Below, one piece after another: positions 38,166 to 47,234 of a stretch of 64,000 nt of DNA. The position numbers were made by a program, and so were the translations under genes. Origin of the DNA: a virus; the IMG/VR virus record IMGVR_UViG_3300037585_001448, positions 29,141-93,140 of that record; one strand, 5' to 3'. The notes beneath the pieces are model-generated. The model had not been told where the DNA came from. It saw nothing but the letters and a program-made list of their open reading frames with translations, and did no database searches. Within the stretch, counting starts at the first letter, position 1, and the number at the start of each line of letters is the position of its first letter.

Positions 38166-38471
38166 TCACGACCAGACACGAGGCGAACCATCCGATCTCA
38201 TCGTGGAGTCATCCGGCAACGCCAACCGATCCGCACAAGCCCCACACAACCCATCCCACGGCTCACCATCCTCATCCAACCGCTGAGGCTCAATAGGAGC
38301 CACGCACAAGCCACACAGACATTCCTCTTCGACATCCACCGCCGGGAACCCCTCCAACACATCCAGCACAGCCTCCGTGGTCACATGCATCAGGTCGGCT
38401 TCCCGGTTCGCCGGGACATCCTCAACCTTGATGTCGATGATGAGACGCCGACGCATCGGAGGCTTGTCCAT
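38166..38471 (-). CDS. Hypothetical protein with CxxC pairs
   Basis: TGATG coupled to ssb. Confidence 0.6.
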   Translation of the reverse strand: MDKPPMRRRLIIDIKVEDVPANREADLMHVTTEAVLDVLEGFPAVDVEEECLCGLCVAPIEPQRLDEDGEPWDGLCGACADRLALPDDSTMRSDGSPRVWS

Positions 38472-38878
38472 CAGAACGGCTCTTCGTTGGGGTACTCCGG
38501 CTTCGGCATCGACGGCTTCGACACCGACGACACCCGGTCGATCTTGTCGATCGTCGCGAACATCAACGACGCAGCAACATCCTCAGCGACGACTTCCACG
38601 GTGCGCTTCTCGTTGCCCTCGTTGTCGGTCCAAGTGTTCTCCTTGAGACGGCCCCTGACGACCACCCGGTCTCCCTTGGACACAGACTCGGCGACATGCG
38701 ACGCCAGATCCTTCCAGCAGATCACCGTGAAGAACGACGGATCGTCCACCCAGTCGTCGCCCTGCTTGCGACGGTCGTTGACCGCGATGCGGAACCGGGT
38801 CAGCACCGAGTTCTTAGTCGGTTTGATCTCCGGGTCCGTTGCCAAGTTCCCGCACAACGTCACTTCCGAGTTCGCCAT
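38471..38878 (-). CDS. ssb: Single-stranded DNA-binding protein
   Basis: GNLATDPE...KGDRVVVRGRL...acidic PF C-terminus. Confidence 0.92.
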   Translation of the reverse strand: MANSEVTLCGNLATDPEIKPTKNSVLTRFRIAVNDRRKQGDDWVDDPSFFTVICWKDLASHVAESVSKGDRVVVRGRLKENTWTDNEGNEKRTVEVVAEDVAASLMFATIDKIDRVSSVSKPSMPKPEYPNEEPF

Positions 38879-39305
38879 CTTGCTGGTCTCCTTCTCCGAG
38901 AATCACCTCGGCTCTAGCGATCATCCTGTCGATGACCCCTTCATTGTCGCCCCCTGCCACGGCTGCGGCTTGGGCTGCGATGTTGATGTTCGGTCGGCGC
39001 TTGTCTACCCACCGGTCAGGTGACCGGTTCGTTAGGAAGAAGATCGCCGCTGAGACGTTGCCGTTGGTTGCCGAATCGAACAGCGCCGATTCGACCTGTT
39101 CCACAGCCTCGGCTTCGGCTTCGTCTCGGTCCCCTTCCCAGTCGGGGTTCTGGTTCACGAACCGTTGAACAGTTCGGATGCCTACCCCTGTCGCTCGGGC
39201 TGCCTGCTTGCGTCCCATGCCGTTGCGAATGTGGGCGAGGTACACCTGACGTTTGTCGCCTCGGAAGGCTTTGCTTCCGAACTCTGGTTCCAGAATGTCT
39301 CCCAC
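38814..39305 (-). CDS. Probable terminase small subunit (HTH)
   Basis: N-terminal HTH, VESALFDSA..GNVSAAIFFLTNR..DRW. Confidence 0.65.
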   Translation of the reverse strand: MGDILEPEFGSKAFRGDKRQVYLAHIRNGMGRKQAARATGVGIRTVQRFVNQNPDWEGDRDEAEAEAVEQVESALFDSATNGNVSAAIFFLTNRSPDRWVDKRRPNINIAAQAAAVAGGDNEGVIDRMIARAEVILGEGDQQDGELGSDVVRELGNGPGDQTD

Positions 39306-39349
39306 CTTCTAAGGGTACGTCACAGGCGTCAAGTCGCAGGCCCGAATGG

Positions 39350-39985
39350 TCACAGCGAAAGCACTTCCTGTGCCAACCGAGCAACCGCGGCTTCGCAGTA
39401 CCGTTCCTCAATCTCAATGCCGACCGCTCGCCGCCCAAGGTCTTTCGCGGCTCGCAGCGTGGACCCTGCGCCCATGAACGGGTCAGCAATCACGCCAGTC
39501 GGGAAGTGGTCGGCGACGATTCGTTTCATCAGCGTGACCGGCTTCTGCGTGGGATGTGTTCGCCTCAGATTGCCCTTGTCGGCGTTGACTACCCCGCCAT
39601 GTTGGATGCGGTACATGAACCCGGCCTTGTCGGGACCGTTCATCCACGCCAACTCAAACGGTGACCCGAGCATCCGGTCAGCCGCCTCAACGACCCGCTT
39701 GTCCCAGCAGACCCACCGACCCGGTTCGGGTAGCGCCGACGGGAAGTGGTTGGCTCCGAACACCAGCATCGGGGTCGGGTGGACGGCTTCGATCACCCAC
39801 CGAGCCAGAGCATCGGACTCGTCGCCGGGAATCGTCCCCCAGTCCCGCGCAGTCTTGATCGTCTGCTGGTAGTCGATGCCGTAGGGCGGGTCCGTCACCA
39901 CCACATCAAACGTCAATGTCGGCAGGATCTCGCGAGCGTCGCCGTGGTAGATCGTCACCGCGTCGTCCTCGTAATAGGGCTTCAC
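39350..39985 (-). CDS. DNA N6-adenine/N4-cytosine methyltransferase (beta class)
   Basis: DPPY, HPTQKP, DPFMGAGST motifs. Confidence 0.9.
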   Translation of the reverse strand: MKPYYEDDAVTIYHGDAREILPTLTFDVVVTDPPYGIDYQQTIKTARDWGTIPGDESDALARWVIEAVHPTPMLVFGANHFPSALPEPGRWVCWDKRVVEAADRMLGSPFELAWMNGPDKAGFMYRIQHGGVVNADKGNLRRTHPTQKPVTLMKRIVADHFPTGVIADPFMGAGSTLRAAKDLGRRAVGIEIEERYCEAAVARLAQEVLSL

Positions 39986-40473
39986 ACCGCAGGTTGGAAC
40001 TGCTGCACCCCGAGGCGTTCAAGGAACGTGACGTACACCGGGAGTTTCGGATGGCCGACCATGACAGCCGGTGGAACCCAACCGGGTTCGCCGTACCTAC
40101 CCTCGGCCCCACGCCCCTCTTCAACGTGGTCTAGGAGATCGTACCGTTTGACTGTGACAGCGAGTTCGTTGGCTAGCACCTGTTCGGTGTAGACCGGGTA
40201 CTCCATGCTCTTGGGCCGGGTAATGGCGACCACCGCTTCGACCACCCGATCGGAGAAGCCCAGATCCCGTAGGTCTGTGGCAGTCACCGGGGTGTCTTCG
40301 ATGATGTCGTGGAGCCAAGCGACCGTCGATTCCTCAGCGGTTGCTGTCTGGCGGGAGACCCTGCGAAGGTGATTGACGTAGGGCCGACCAACAAGGTCGG
40401 TCTGTTTGGCGTGGTACTTGGCTGCGAGCATCGCGGCTCGCACGCTCTGTGGTACCAGTTTCATCCACTTCAC
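39982..40473 (-). CDS. HD-domain small alarmone hydrolase-like protein (SpoT-HD/Mesh1-like)
   Basis: AAKYHAKQ....PYVNHL...AWLHDIIEDT...VKRYD. Confidence 0.8.
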   Translation of the reverse strand: MKWMKLVPQSVRAAMLAAKYHAKQTDLVGRPYVNHLRRVSRQTATAEESTVAWLHDIIEDTPVTATDLRDLGFSDRVVEAVVAITRPKSMEYPVYTEQVLANELAVTVKRYDLLDHVEEGRGAEGRYGEPGWVPPAVMVGHPKLPVYVTFLERLGVQQFQPAV

Positions 40474-40492
40474 TTGGTTCTCCTTTCCACCC

Positions 40493-40780
40493 TCAGTCTA
40501 GCGTGATCGAACTCGCTTTAGCGATTGTGCTCCAGTTGGGATCAGGCTCGTCAGCAGCCACTTCGGCATCCGTCCATCGACGCTGAATCGACAACACGCC
40601 GCCTTCGACCATCGTGCGAACCCGAATCCCTCGGCGCTTCGCAGCCCGGTACACCGTCACCCGCATCGACGCGACATCGGTATCGAAATCGGCACCACGT
40701 TTCAGGCCATACGGTTTGCCGTCTAGCCACTCTTCCCACGGGTAGTCCCGTGCAGGGAACTTGTCTAATAGTTGCGCCAT
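40493..40780 (-). CDS. Small basic, probably DNA-binding protein
   Basis: YPWEEW...; own TACACT box upstream. Confidence 0.6.
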   Translation of the reverse strand: MAQLLDKFPARDYPWEEWLDGKPYGLKRGADFDTDVASMRVTVYRAAKRRGIRVRTMVEGGVLSIQRRWTDAEVAADEPDPNWSTIAKASSITLD

Positions 40781-40839
40781 AGTCTGCCTCCGAACTTGGC
40801 CTAGCGATCGTTGGATCTAGTGTAGCGGATTCCAGCGCG

Positions 40840-41271
40840 CTAACCATTCCACCTTTCGACAGTGACCTTGTAGGTGTGATGGCGCGAACCGCCAAGGGGA
40901 ATGATGAACGAAGCGGTCTGGTCGCCGGGACCGTTCATCTCAACCTCACCGACGAAGAGGTTCGTACGCGGGTTGATGACCTTCTGGCTGAGGCGGCGAG
41001 CAAGTGCTTCTGTCTCGTCCTGCTGAACGAGGTGGTCGATCTGACCGAGCGCCCACTCGCGAGCGTCGGCCATAGTCTCGAAGTCGTGCCAGTTTGACGT
41101 TGTGCGGACCCTGCCGGACGGCGAAGCCGCCGAAGCGGACCACGCGGTTTCCCATCGGTCTTTGCGGACGATCGCCGTGTAGCGGTCGTCGGTGGTCAGG
41201 ACGTAATGCCCGGCCTCAACCTTCTGCCACGACCAGAACTCGGTCGGGTCAATCATCTGCGTGTACGTCAC
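40840..41271 (-). CDS. Hypothetical protein
   Basis: GTGA overlap. Confidence 0.65.
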   Translation of the reverse strand: MTYTQMIDPTEFWSWQKVEAGHYVLTTDDRYTAIVRKDRWETAWSASAASPSGRVRTTSNWHDFETMADAREWALGQIDHLVQQDETEALARRLSQKVINPRTNLFVGEVEMNGPGDQTASFIIPLGGSRHHTYKVTVERWNG

Positions 41272-41495
41272 TTGCTTCCCTCCCCATCGAAACCAGCCTC
41301 AACGGCCATCTCATGTAGTTGTACGAAGGCGACCATCTTCTTCAAGGCCATCTCCGGCGAACCCAGTTGCGTATCCGATTCGTTGATCGCCGCCTGAATC
41401 TGGATGATCCGCTTGGCAATCTGGATGGCCTGTTCAGCCTTGACTGTGTAGGCCGCGAAAGCCGCCTCCCAGTCCGAGTCGTTGATCTTTGTCAC
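41268..41495 (-). CDS. Hypothetical protein
   Basis: SAS-like CCGACAACAGAAGGAGAGAGCAA GTG. Confidence 0.65.
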   Translation of the reverse strand: MTKINDSDWEAAFAAYTVKAEQAIQIAKRIIQIQAAINESDTQLGSPEMALKKMVAFVQLHEMAVEAGFDGEGSK

Positions 41496-41722
41496 TTGCT
41501 CTCTCCTTCTGTTGTCGGATTCGTTTCGGGGGAAGTTGACGAGAGACAGAGGATGATCTCATCCTCAGGCGTGTCGAAGGACGCCGCCGAATACGGCGAG
41601 TCGTTGTCGCACCCGACACAGATCGTGCCGAACTCCGCGCCTTCGGTCTTGGGGAACAGCGGGAACTGGACGCCGTGGCCTCCATCCCCGCAGACCCCGC
41701 ATGTCGGAACCGTGCTACTCAT
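41492..41722 (-). CDS. Small zinc-finger protein
   Basis: CGVC...CVGC; coupled. Confidence 0.55.
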   Translation of the reverse strand: MSSTVPTCGVCGDGGHGVQFPLFPKTEGAEFGTICVGCDNDSPYSAASFDTPEDEIILCLSSTSPETNPTTEGESK

Positions 41723-42165
41723 CAGTCCAACCTTTCTGAGACCCAGACGAACGCGTCTTCACCGGCCTCGGTGAGCGCCGCTTCGGCACTCTTGGCGTAG
41801 GCACCCGCGTAGGCGACCTTCCGACCATGACTCTGGCCGAAGGACGAAACCCAGATGTAGGCACCACCGTGGTACGAGTCGGTCTTGCCGACTCCAGAGG
41901 CGACGACCCACTTGCCGTAGCCCTTGTTTGCGCCCTTGATCTGGACACTGGCGAAGCCGCACAACTCAAACGGCTGCTCCCAGACCTTGACGACCTCAGA
42001 CGAGTCGTCCAGTGGGTTCGCGTGCTGGACAGCGACGTACTGGGGAAGCACCGCCGCTTGGGCAGCCTCCCGGCCAGCAGCGTCAGCCGCAGCGTGGACG
42101 TTCGCGTAGAACGCCTTCTTCTCCGCAGGCTTCAATGCTGAAACCTGCTTGGACACAACAACCAT
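41722..42165 (-). CDS. Hypothetical protein (alternative leaderless start at 42201)
   Basis: Promoter + SAS cassette. Confidence 0.7.
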   Translation of the reverse strand: MVVVSKQVSALKPAEKKAFYANVHAAADAAGREAAQAAVLPQYVAVQHANPLDDSSEVVKVWEQPFELCGFASVQIKGANKGYGKWVVASGVGKTDSYHGGAYIWVSSFGQSHGRKVAYAGAYAKSAEAALTEAGEDAFVWVSERLD

Positions 42166-42201
42166 GTTCTCTCCTTGGTCGGTGGTTGGGGACTCACTCA
42201 C

Positions 42202-42237
42202 GAACCCCATCATAGCCGCCCTAGAACATGAGTGCAA
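42202..42237 (-). promoter_or_regulatory. Promoter TTGCAC-N17-TATGAT
   Basis: Family member. Confidence 0.75.
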
Positions 42238-42254
42238 CACCATCTAGCATGACG

Positions 42255-42608
42255 CTACGTCTGTGCCCTCACGTTCGCCGACAAAGTACGCAACGCATCC
42301 ATCCGAGCACGCAGGCTCGTCAACTTCTCACGAATCGCCCGCTCCTTCGCGCCCATGATCCGAGCCACCGCCATCTCGTCAATCGCCTTCTGCGTCGCCT
42401 TCGCCTCCCTCACGGCAACCGTCATCTTCGGATCATCCGCAGCCAACGTCACCAGATGACGAGTGAACGCACGCTTGTGAGCGACATCGGCACGCGCCGC
42501 CTCTTCACAAACCGTCGCATACGCATCGGTGTATTCCTCCAACTCGTAAACCAAAGAAAGGATCTGAGATTCAATCCCACCCTGAGTCACCATCTCACGC
42601 ACGCCCAA
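42255..42608 (-). CDS. Coiled-coil protein
   Basis: KMTVAVREAKA...LRTLSANVR helical pattern. Confidence 0.65.
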   Translation of the reverse strand: MGVREMVTQGGIESQILSLVYELEEYTDAYATVCEEAARADVAHKRAFTRHLVTLAADDPKMTVAVREAKATQKAIDEMAVARIMGAKERAIREKLTSLRARMDALRTLSANVRAQT

Positions 42609-42738
42609 TCACCTCCATAGGAACCAACACTTCCTTCGCCGCGCACCCACTCGCACACTGGGCACACAACCTCAACCAACCACCAACCCGACGCCTGATC
42701 CCATAGTCGGCCTGCTCACCACAAGAACACCGGCTCAC
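42595..42738 (-). CDS. Small zinc-finger protein
   Basis: CSCG...CAQC; GTGA overlap. Confidence 0.5.
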   Translation of the reverse strand: MSRCSCGEQADYGIRRRVGGWLRLCAQCASGCAAKEVLVPMEVIGRA

Positions 42739-43058
42739 GACGACACCAACAACCCGAGACCAGTAGCAGCAGCCGGGTTGACATGAATCCAATCATGGCA
42801 AGATCGACAGATCGCCACGGTGTTCGCCGGGTCAAGTATCGACCCGCCTCGCGCACGGGTCAGCGGTTCATGGAGTTCGACCGCTAGACCGTGGCACCGG
42901 GCGTCATACCCTGCTTGCGTAATGCGTGCCCCGGCCTCGCAGAGTTCCCGCTTGGAGAGTTCGTCACAAACCATCTCCCGGCGTTGACGTTGAACCTTGG
43001 CACGCTTTGGACTCACCGACCGAAGCCGGGTCTTGCGCTTCAACGGGGTGCGCTTCAT
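42735..43058 (-). CDS. HNH endonuclease
   Basis: LHEPLTRARGG...NTVAICRSCHDWIH. Confidence 0.8.
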   Translation of the reverse strand: MKRTPLKRKTRLRSVSPKRAKVQRQRREMVCDELSKRELCEAGARITQAGYDARCHGLAVELHEPLTRARGGSILDPANTVAICRSCHDWIHVNPAAATGLGLLVSS

Positions 43059-43234
43059 TCCGATTCCTCCACCATGCACACCCTGACCGCAGCCACATCA
43101 CTGTCAGGAGCATGGTCAACGTGAGACACCGACACGTTCACCCCACCATCCATGCCGCTCAAAGAAATCAGGTCTTCGATCGTGAGGTAAAGCCGAACCT
43201 CGCGGCGTGCTGGCCCTCGCACCGTGCTACTCAT
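43055..43234 (-). CDS. Hypothetical protein (59 aa)
   Basis: Below track cutoff; ATGA overlaps at both ends. Confidence 0.55.
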   Translation of the reverse strand: MSSTVRGPARREVRLYLTIEDLISLSGMDGGVNVSVSHVDHAPDSDVAAVRVCMVEESE

Positions 43235-43377
43235 GCAGCCTCCTGTCTACACAAACGACGCTCCTGCAAAGTGTGATCCAACGTCGCCTTCCCACAACCA
43301 CAGACCACCGCAACGGGGGCTTCATACCGCCGCTCTTTGAGGTGTGCCGAACCGAACCGCATCTGGTCGATACTCAC
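43231..43377 (-). CDS. Hypothetical protein (48 aa)
   Basis: Below track cutoff; GTGA/ATGA overlaps. Confidence 0.5.
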   Translation of the reverse strand: MSIDQMRFGSAHLKERRYEAPVAVVCGCGKATLDHTLQERRLCRQEAA

Positions 43378-44006
43378 GACCCTGATTCCCACAAGTTATC
43401 CAGACCCTTCACCATGCCTCCTTGTCGCAAGAACTCCACAGCAACCGACAGTCGAAAGTGGAACCGGTCCGGTGTGCCCGGCGGGTACCGCTCTTCCAGC
43501 AGCAGGATGGTCTGCTCAAACGGGTAGCCGTCCCATTCGGCGTCGAACAGGTCGTAGCCGTCGGGGGTGTCCACTGACGGAAGTGGCTCAGGGGATGGTT
43601 GTGGCTCGTCCTCGGGTGGTGCTGGTTGTGGCGCGACTGTGGTCGTGGGCGGGGCCGTGGTTGTGGTTGTGGGCGGCGCTGCTTGTATGGCGTCTCGGCT
43701 CTCAACCGTGTGGGTCGGCGGGTGCGGCAGCGGGAGGATCGGTGCGGCCTGCCAGACCCCGGTCATGCCGAGTCGGCATTGGTGCCGCCAGTTCGTGTAC
43801 GCACTTGGCCGTTCACCCCACCACGGGTCGTCAAACCGCAGCATGTCACCAGACTGGTAGTCGATGAACCAGACCTGCTCATCAACCGGGCGGGTGTCCT
43901 CCGGGTCGCACGGTGCGTAAACCATGTCGTGTTCGGCCCCCGCCGAGGTCGTCGGCAACCCGGCGAAGATGACAGCGGCGATGGCTATGACTCTCAGCAC
44001 CGGCAA
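43374..44006 (-). CDS. Secreted protein with Pro/Thr linker
   Basis: Signal-peptide-like N-terminus (..SAGA/EH), PPTTTTTAPP. Confidence 0.65.
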   Translation of the reverse strand: MPVLRVIAIAAVIFAGLPTTSAGAEHDMVYAPCDPEDTRPVDEQVWFIDYQSGDMLRFDDPWWGERPSAYTNWRHQCRLGMTGVWQAAPILPLPHPPTHTVESRDAIQAAPPTTTTTAPPTTTVAPQPAPPEDEPQPSPEPLPSVDTPDGYDLFDAEWDGYPFEQTILLLEERYPPGTPDRFHFRLSVAVEFLRQGGMVKGLDNLWESGS

Positions 44007-44170
44007 TCACCAACCGTTCCGCTGCACACAGGACAGACACCCGTGCGGGTGTTGACGAGATGGTCGCCATAGTCGGTGAAGTCCAGCCCAGAACAGAGTT
44101 CAAGGTGTCGCTTCCGCAGATACTCGGCTTCGGTCATCGTTGAGGCTTGAGCCTCAGTAGTGTCTGTCAT
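43994..44170 (-). CDS. Small Cys-rich protein
   Basis: ATGA overlap; CPVC. Confidence 0.5.
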   Translation of the reverse strand: MTDTTEAQASTMTEAEYLRKRHLELCSGLDFTDYGDHLVNTRTGVCPVCSGTVGDCRC

Positions 44171-44982
44171 TCCTTCTCCCAGCATGTTCGCGACGGATTC
44201 CAATGTCGGGCACCGCCGCCTTCGTAGAACAGCCACGCAGCGACAGCGACGTTGGCTTCACTATCGAATGGGCTGGCACCGGACACCCCGGCTTTCTCGG
44301 ATCGTTCATCCCAGAACTTGGCTAGGTGTTGGAACCACCCAACCGCCAACGCTGAGGACACCACCTCCGACCCGGTGTGATGCGTTTGCGCGCTTGATTC
44401 ACAGAACGCAACCTGTCGTGCCCATGCCCGGTCGGCGGGCAGGAAGTACCAGTCGATGAGTTCACCAAGGGTCTTGGCGCTGGCCTGAACCGGGTAGTCG
44501 ATCTTCGGGTGGAACACGGCTAGAGCCGCGAGCGGGCCACCCAACGCGCTGATGTGGGCCTTGCGTGTCTGTGGTCCGTACACGCCGTCCACACTTTTCA
44601 ACCCGAGGTGCATCTGGAGGGCTACAACATCGCCACCCCGTCCATACATCGGATAACGACGATACAACAGGTCGTCAGGCAAGGAGGGTACTATGGCGGT
44701 CGATGTCGTCATGGACTGAATGGAGTTCACGCTCCCGCTGCTCGGACCCGCAGGAACGCTGCTCGTGCTGCTCGTGTTCACAGTCACGCTGTCAATGCTC
44801 GCGATGTTCTGAGCACGACGCACAGGCTCAGAGACGGCTTGCTGGACTACCACGGTGGTCACCACCGTCTCCGAAGTGGGCACGACCACAGGGGGAATAC
44901 CGGCCACCGTGCCGTTGCCTCCAGCCGAGCAGGTAACCATCACCACCGAAGTAACCACAGCAGCACCGACCCGGTAGATCAT
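44167..44982 (-). CDS. Exported cell-wall hydrolase: PG-binding + lytic transglycosylase-like domain
   Basis: DVVALQ..LG...DGVYGPQT; VAFCESS...GWFQH...NVAVAAWL....GARHW. Confidence 0.75.
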   Translation of the reverse strand: MIYRVGAAVVTSVVMVTCSAGGNGTVAGIPPVVVPTSETVVTTVVVQQAVSEPVRRAQNIASIDSVTVNTSSTSSVPAGPSSGSVNSIQSMTTSTAIVPSLPDDLLYRRYPMYGRGGDVVALQMHLGLKSVDGVYGPQTRKAHISALGGPLAALAVFHPKIDYPVQASAKTLGELIDWYFLPADRAWARQVAFCESSAQTHHTGSEVVSSALAVGWFQHLAKFWDERSEKAGVSGASPFDSEANVAVAAWLFYEGGGARHWNPSRTCWEKE

Positions 44983-45401
44983 GTCTTCGACTTATGGAGC
45001 GACCCGTCTTTCCACCGGGCAAACAGGTCAGGGCGACACTCGGAACACGGTGTCGCCGTCTCCACGATTCGGACCTCCAGCACCTCGCCATCGCCATTGA
45101 CCACAGGCTGCTCGCTTTCTTTGAGCCACCACCCCTGACATCCGTTGGGGTTGGTGCAGTCGTCACGGACAGGACCACGCTTGCTGAGGTCTACCGCGTG
45201 CCTGATCTCACTAGCGAACTTCGCGATGGACGGCATGAACTCGTCTCGTTGGATGACTTGACGAGCCGCTGCCACGGCAATATCGAAATCGGATCTGCTA
45301 AGAGATTCGCCCCACATCCGCACCCCGTTGTCATCCAACCCATGCCTAGGGAAAGCCCCGAGCAGCATTTGGAGAACCTGCTTCGCTTCGTCCTTAGTCA
45401 T
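44979..45401 (-). CDS. Replicative helicase loader/inhibitor-like protein
   Basis: MTKDEA..L..L.GAFP...W...L...FMPSIA; directly after the initiator. Confidence 0.65.
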   Translation of the reverse strand: MTKDEAKQVLQMLLGAFPRHGLDDNGVRMWGESLSRSDFDIAVAAARQVIQRDEFMPSIAKFASEIRHAVDLSKRGPVRDDCTNPNGCQGWWLKESEQPVVNGDGEVLEVRIVETATPCSECRPDLFARWKDGSLHKSKT

Positions 45402-46158
45402 CAAGCACCGCCAACAACCGGTCAGTACGCCCAGTGGCGACCGAACCATTCACACGCCGCCGCTGCTTTATCAGCCGGGGGTAATGCTTTCGTAACTTCT
45501 GCGGAGAGAGAATGTTGGACGACCAGAAGTCGTCGGTTGTCACCCAGTCGATCATCTCTGATACCGCCGCCATGTCGTAGCCGTCGATTCGGACGAGGCG
45601 ATCCATTTCTTCGATCCACCGTTTCGTCACGGTCGGCCTGCTGGAACCGTCGGCTGCTATCAGGTCAGCAAGTCGATCACAGAGAACAGACGCTTCCGGT
45701 TTCGCAGCGCGCGCGTCTGGTTCTATTGGTTCTAGTTCTTGGCTCTCGTTCAGGGCGACAACAGTGTCCCCACCTAGAGACATCACTGTCGCCACCGTAG
45801 GGACATGAGTGTCGCTAGGTAGGGACAACTGTGTCCCTACCCCCTGTGGGTCTACACGCTTGAGGTGATAGATGTTCGACCGGTGAAACCTGTTCCCCGT
45901 CGGACTCTCAGCGAGGCGATGCTCCACAGCAAGTGCCCCAGCCTTCACCAGTTCAGCGATCCGACGGTCCACCGACTTTGTGGTGGTACGCATCCTCTTT
46001 GCCAGCAGACCACGCGACGGCCACGCTGCGTCTTCTTCGTTGGAGTACCGGCCAAGTATCCCGTACAACCGGACAGCACCGTCGCTGATGGGGTAATCCA
46101 ACAGCCATTCAGGGATGATTGTGAACGGGCCGGTGTCGCTCCATAGGCGACTAGGCAC
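45394..46158 (-). CDS. Replication initiator (wHTH, lambda O-like organisation)
   Basis: FTIIPEWL...AVRLYG.L...AWPSR..LA; C-terminal DDFWSSNILSP.KLRK; internal iterons. Confidence 0.8.
   Translation of the reverse strand: MPSRLWSDTGPFTIIPEWLLDYPISDGAVRLYGILGRYSNEEDAAWPSRGLLAKRMRTTTKSVDRRIAELVKAGALAVEHRLAESPTGNRFHRSNIYHLKRVDPQGVGTQLSLPSDTHVPTVATVMSLGGDTVVALNESQELEPIEPDARAAKPEASVLCDRLADLIAADGSSRPTVTKRWIEEMDRLVRIDGYDMAAVSEMIDWVTTDDFWSSNILSPQKLRKHYPRLIKQRRRVNGSVATGRTDRLLAVLDD
45757..45835. repeat. Putative replication origin: four GACA-N4-TGTC iterons
   Basis: Starts at 45757, 45779, 45802, 45824 (spacing 22/23/22) inside the initiator gene. Confidence 0.75.
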
Positions 46159-46795
46159 TCTGCTTCTCCTTCGTCTCTTCCACGGCTAGCACCTGCCCCG
46201 CCCAATCGTAGAAGTCGCTCATCAAGCGGGAAGGCAACTCTACTGGAGGACACCCGTACCTGTCCATGAAGTCCTTCTTGAGTGCCTTTCTTCGTTCACC
46301 GTCAGCGATCTGCACGAACCACTTCTGGATCTGGTTTGCTTCTTCGTCGCTGATCGTCGGTTCCGAAGCGATCTCGTAGGTCTGGGAATCAGGGTCGGCT
46401 TCTTCGGTGGGGATCATCAACGTCTGGAACAAGGCGTACTTCAACGCCATCGACATGGCTTTCGATGTGGCCTTGTCTCCGTAGTCGATGCCCTCCGACG
46501 CGACCGTTGCCGACACCTCGTCGCCTTTCGGGCCGACGAACCGGTACCGGACCGTCAACTCCACACGCTGCGCCGGGTTGCCGTTCTTGGTGGCAATCCG
46601 TTCGCTGGACTTCTCCACGATTTCCGGGGCGACGATCACGCCGTGGAGGGTCAGCGCCTTGTGCGCTGCGTTCATGGCGTCGTCAATGGTTCGGAAGTTG
46701 AACTGTTGGGACTGGTTGCGTCCGGTCTTTTCCACCGCGCCGATGTCGGTCATCACGCGATGCAGAAGGATTTCGACTGGCTGGTACTCATCCAC
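46151..46795 (-). CDS. ERF-family ssDNA annealing protein
   Basis: KTGRN..Q.FNFR.IDD; DYGDKATSKAMSMALKYALFQTL.IPT. Confidence 0.85.
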   Translation of the reverse strand: MDEYQPVEILLHRVMTDIGAVEKTGRNQSQQFNFRTIDDAMNAAHKALTLHGVIVAPEIVEKSSERIATKNGNPAQRVELTVRYRFVGPKGDEVSATVASEGIDYGDKATSKAMSMALKYALFQTLMIPTEEADPDSQTYEIASEPTISDEEANQIQKWFVQIADGERRKALKKDFMDRYGCPPVELPSRLMSDFYDWAGQVLAVEETKEKQSA

Positions 46796-46811
46796 GGCTT
46801 GCTCTCTTTCG

Positions 46812-47234
46812 CTACTTTGTGTCGTTTCTGTATCTTACCGCTAGAAAGGCGTCGGTCCCCCCTAGCGTGATCTCATGCACAATGCCTCGGTTGCCCGGTG
46901 TTGTAGCCCGTTCCAACACGGGTCCATCAGGGAACTGGCGTGATCGAACCACCAAACCAAGGTCGCGCAACTCGCCCAACCGCGTCGCTATCTGGTTCGC
47001 CGCGATCGCCCGACCGTCGTCATGGGTCACTTGCTTCGACAACTCAAACGCTGTCTGGCCTCCCAAGTCGTACAAGGAGTGAAGCACCTTGTACCGCTGC
47101 GACCCCGACCGAACCTTCGCCGCAGCCCGCTTAGAAGTGTCGGGATGGTCACGGCCTACCGGGCCACCCATCGCATCGCCAGTGATCTGGTCCTCGGTGT
47201 AGTCCGACCAGAACGAAGGTTGCTGCCCGCTCAT
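46812..47234 (-). CDS. Winged-helix DNA-binding protein
   Basis: HPDTSKRAA...TAFEL...TRLGEL.D.GLV. Confidence 0.65.
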   Translation of the reverse strand: MSGQQPSFWSDYTEDQITGDAMGGPVGRDHPDTSKRAAAKVRSGSQRYKVLHSLYDLGGQTAFELSKQVTHDDGRAIAANQIATRLGELRDLGLVVRSRQFPDGPVLERATTPGNRGIVHEITLGGTDAFLAVRYRNDTK

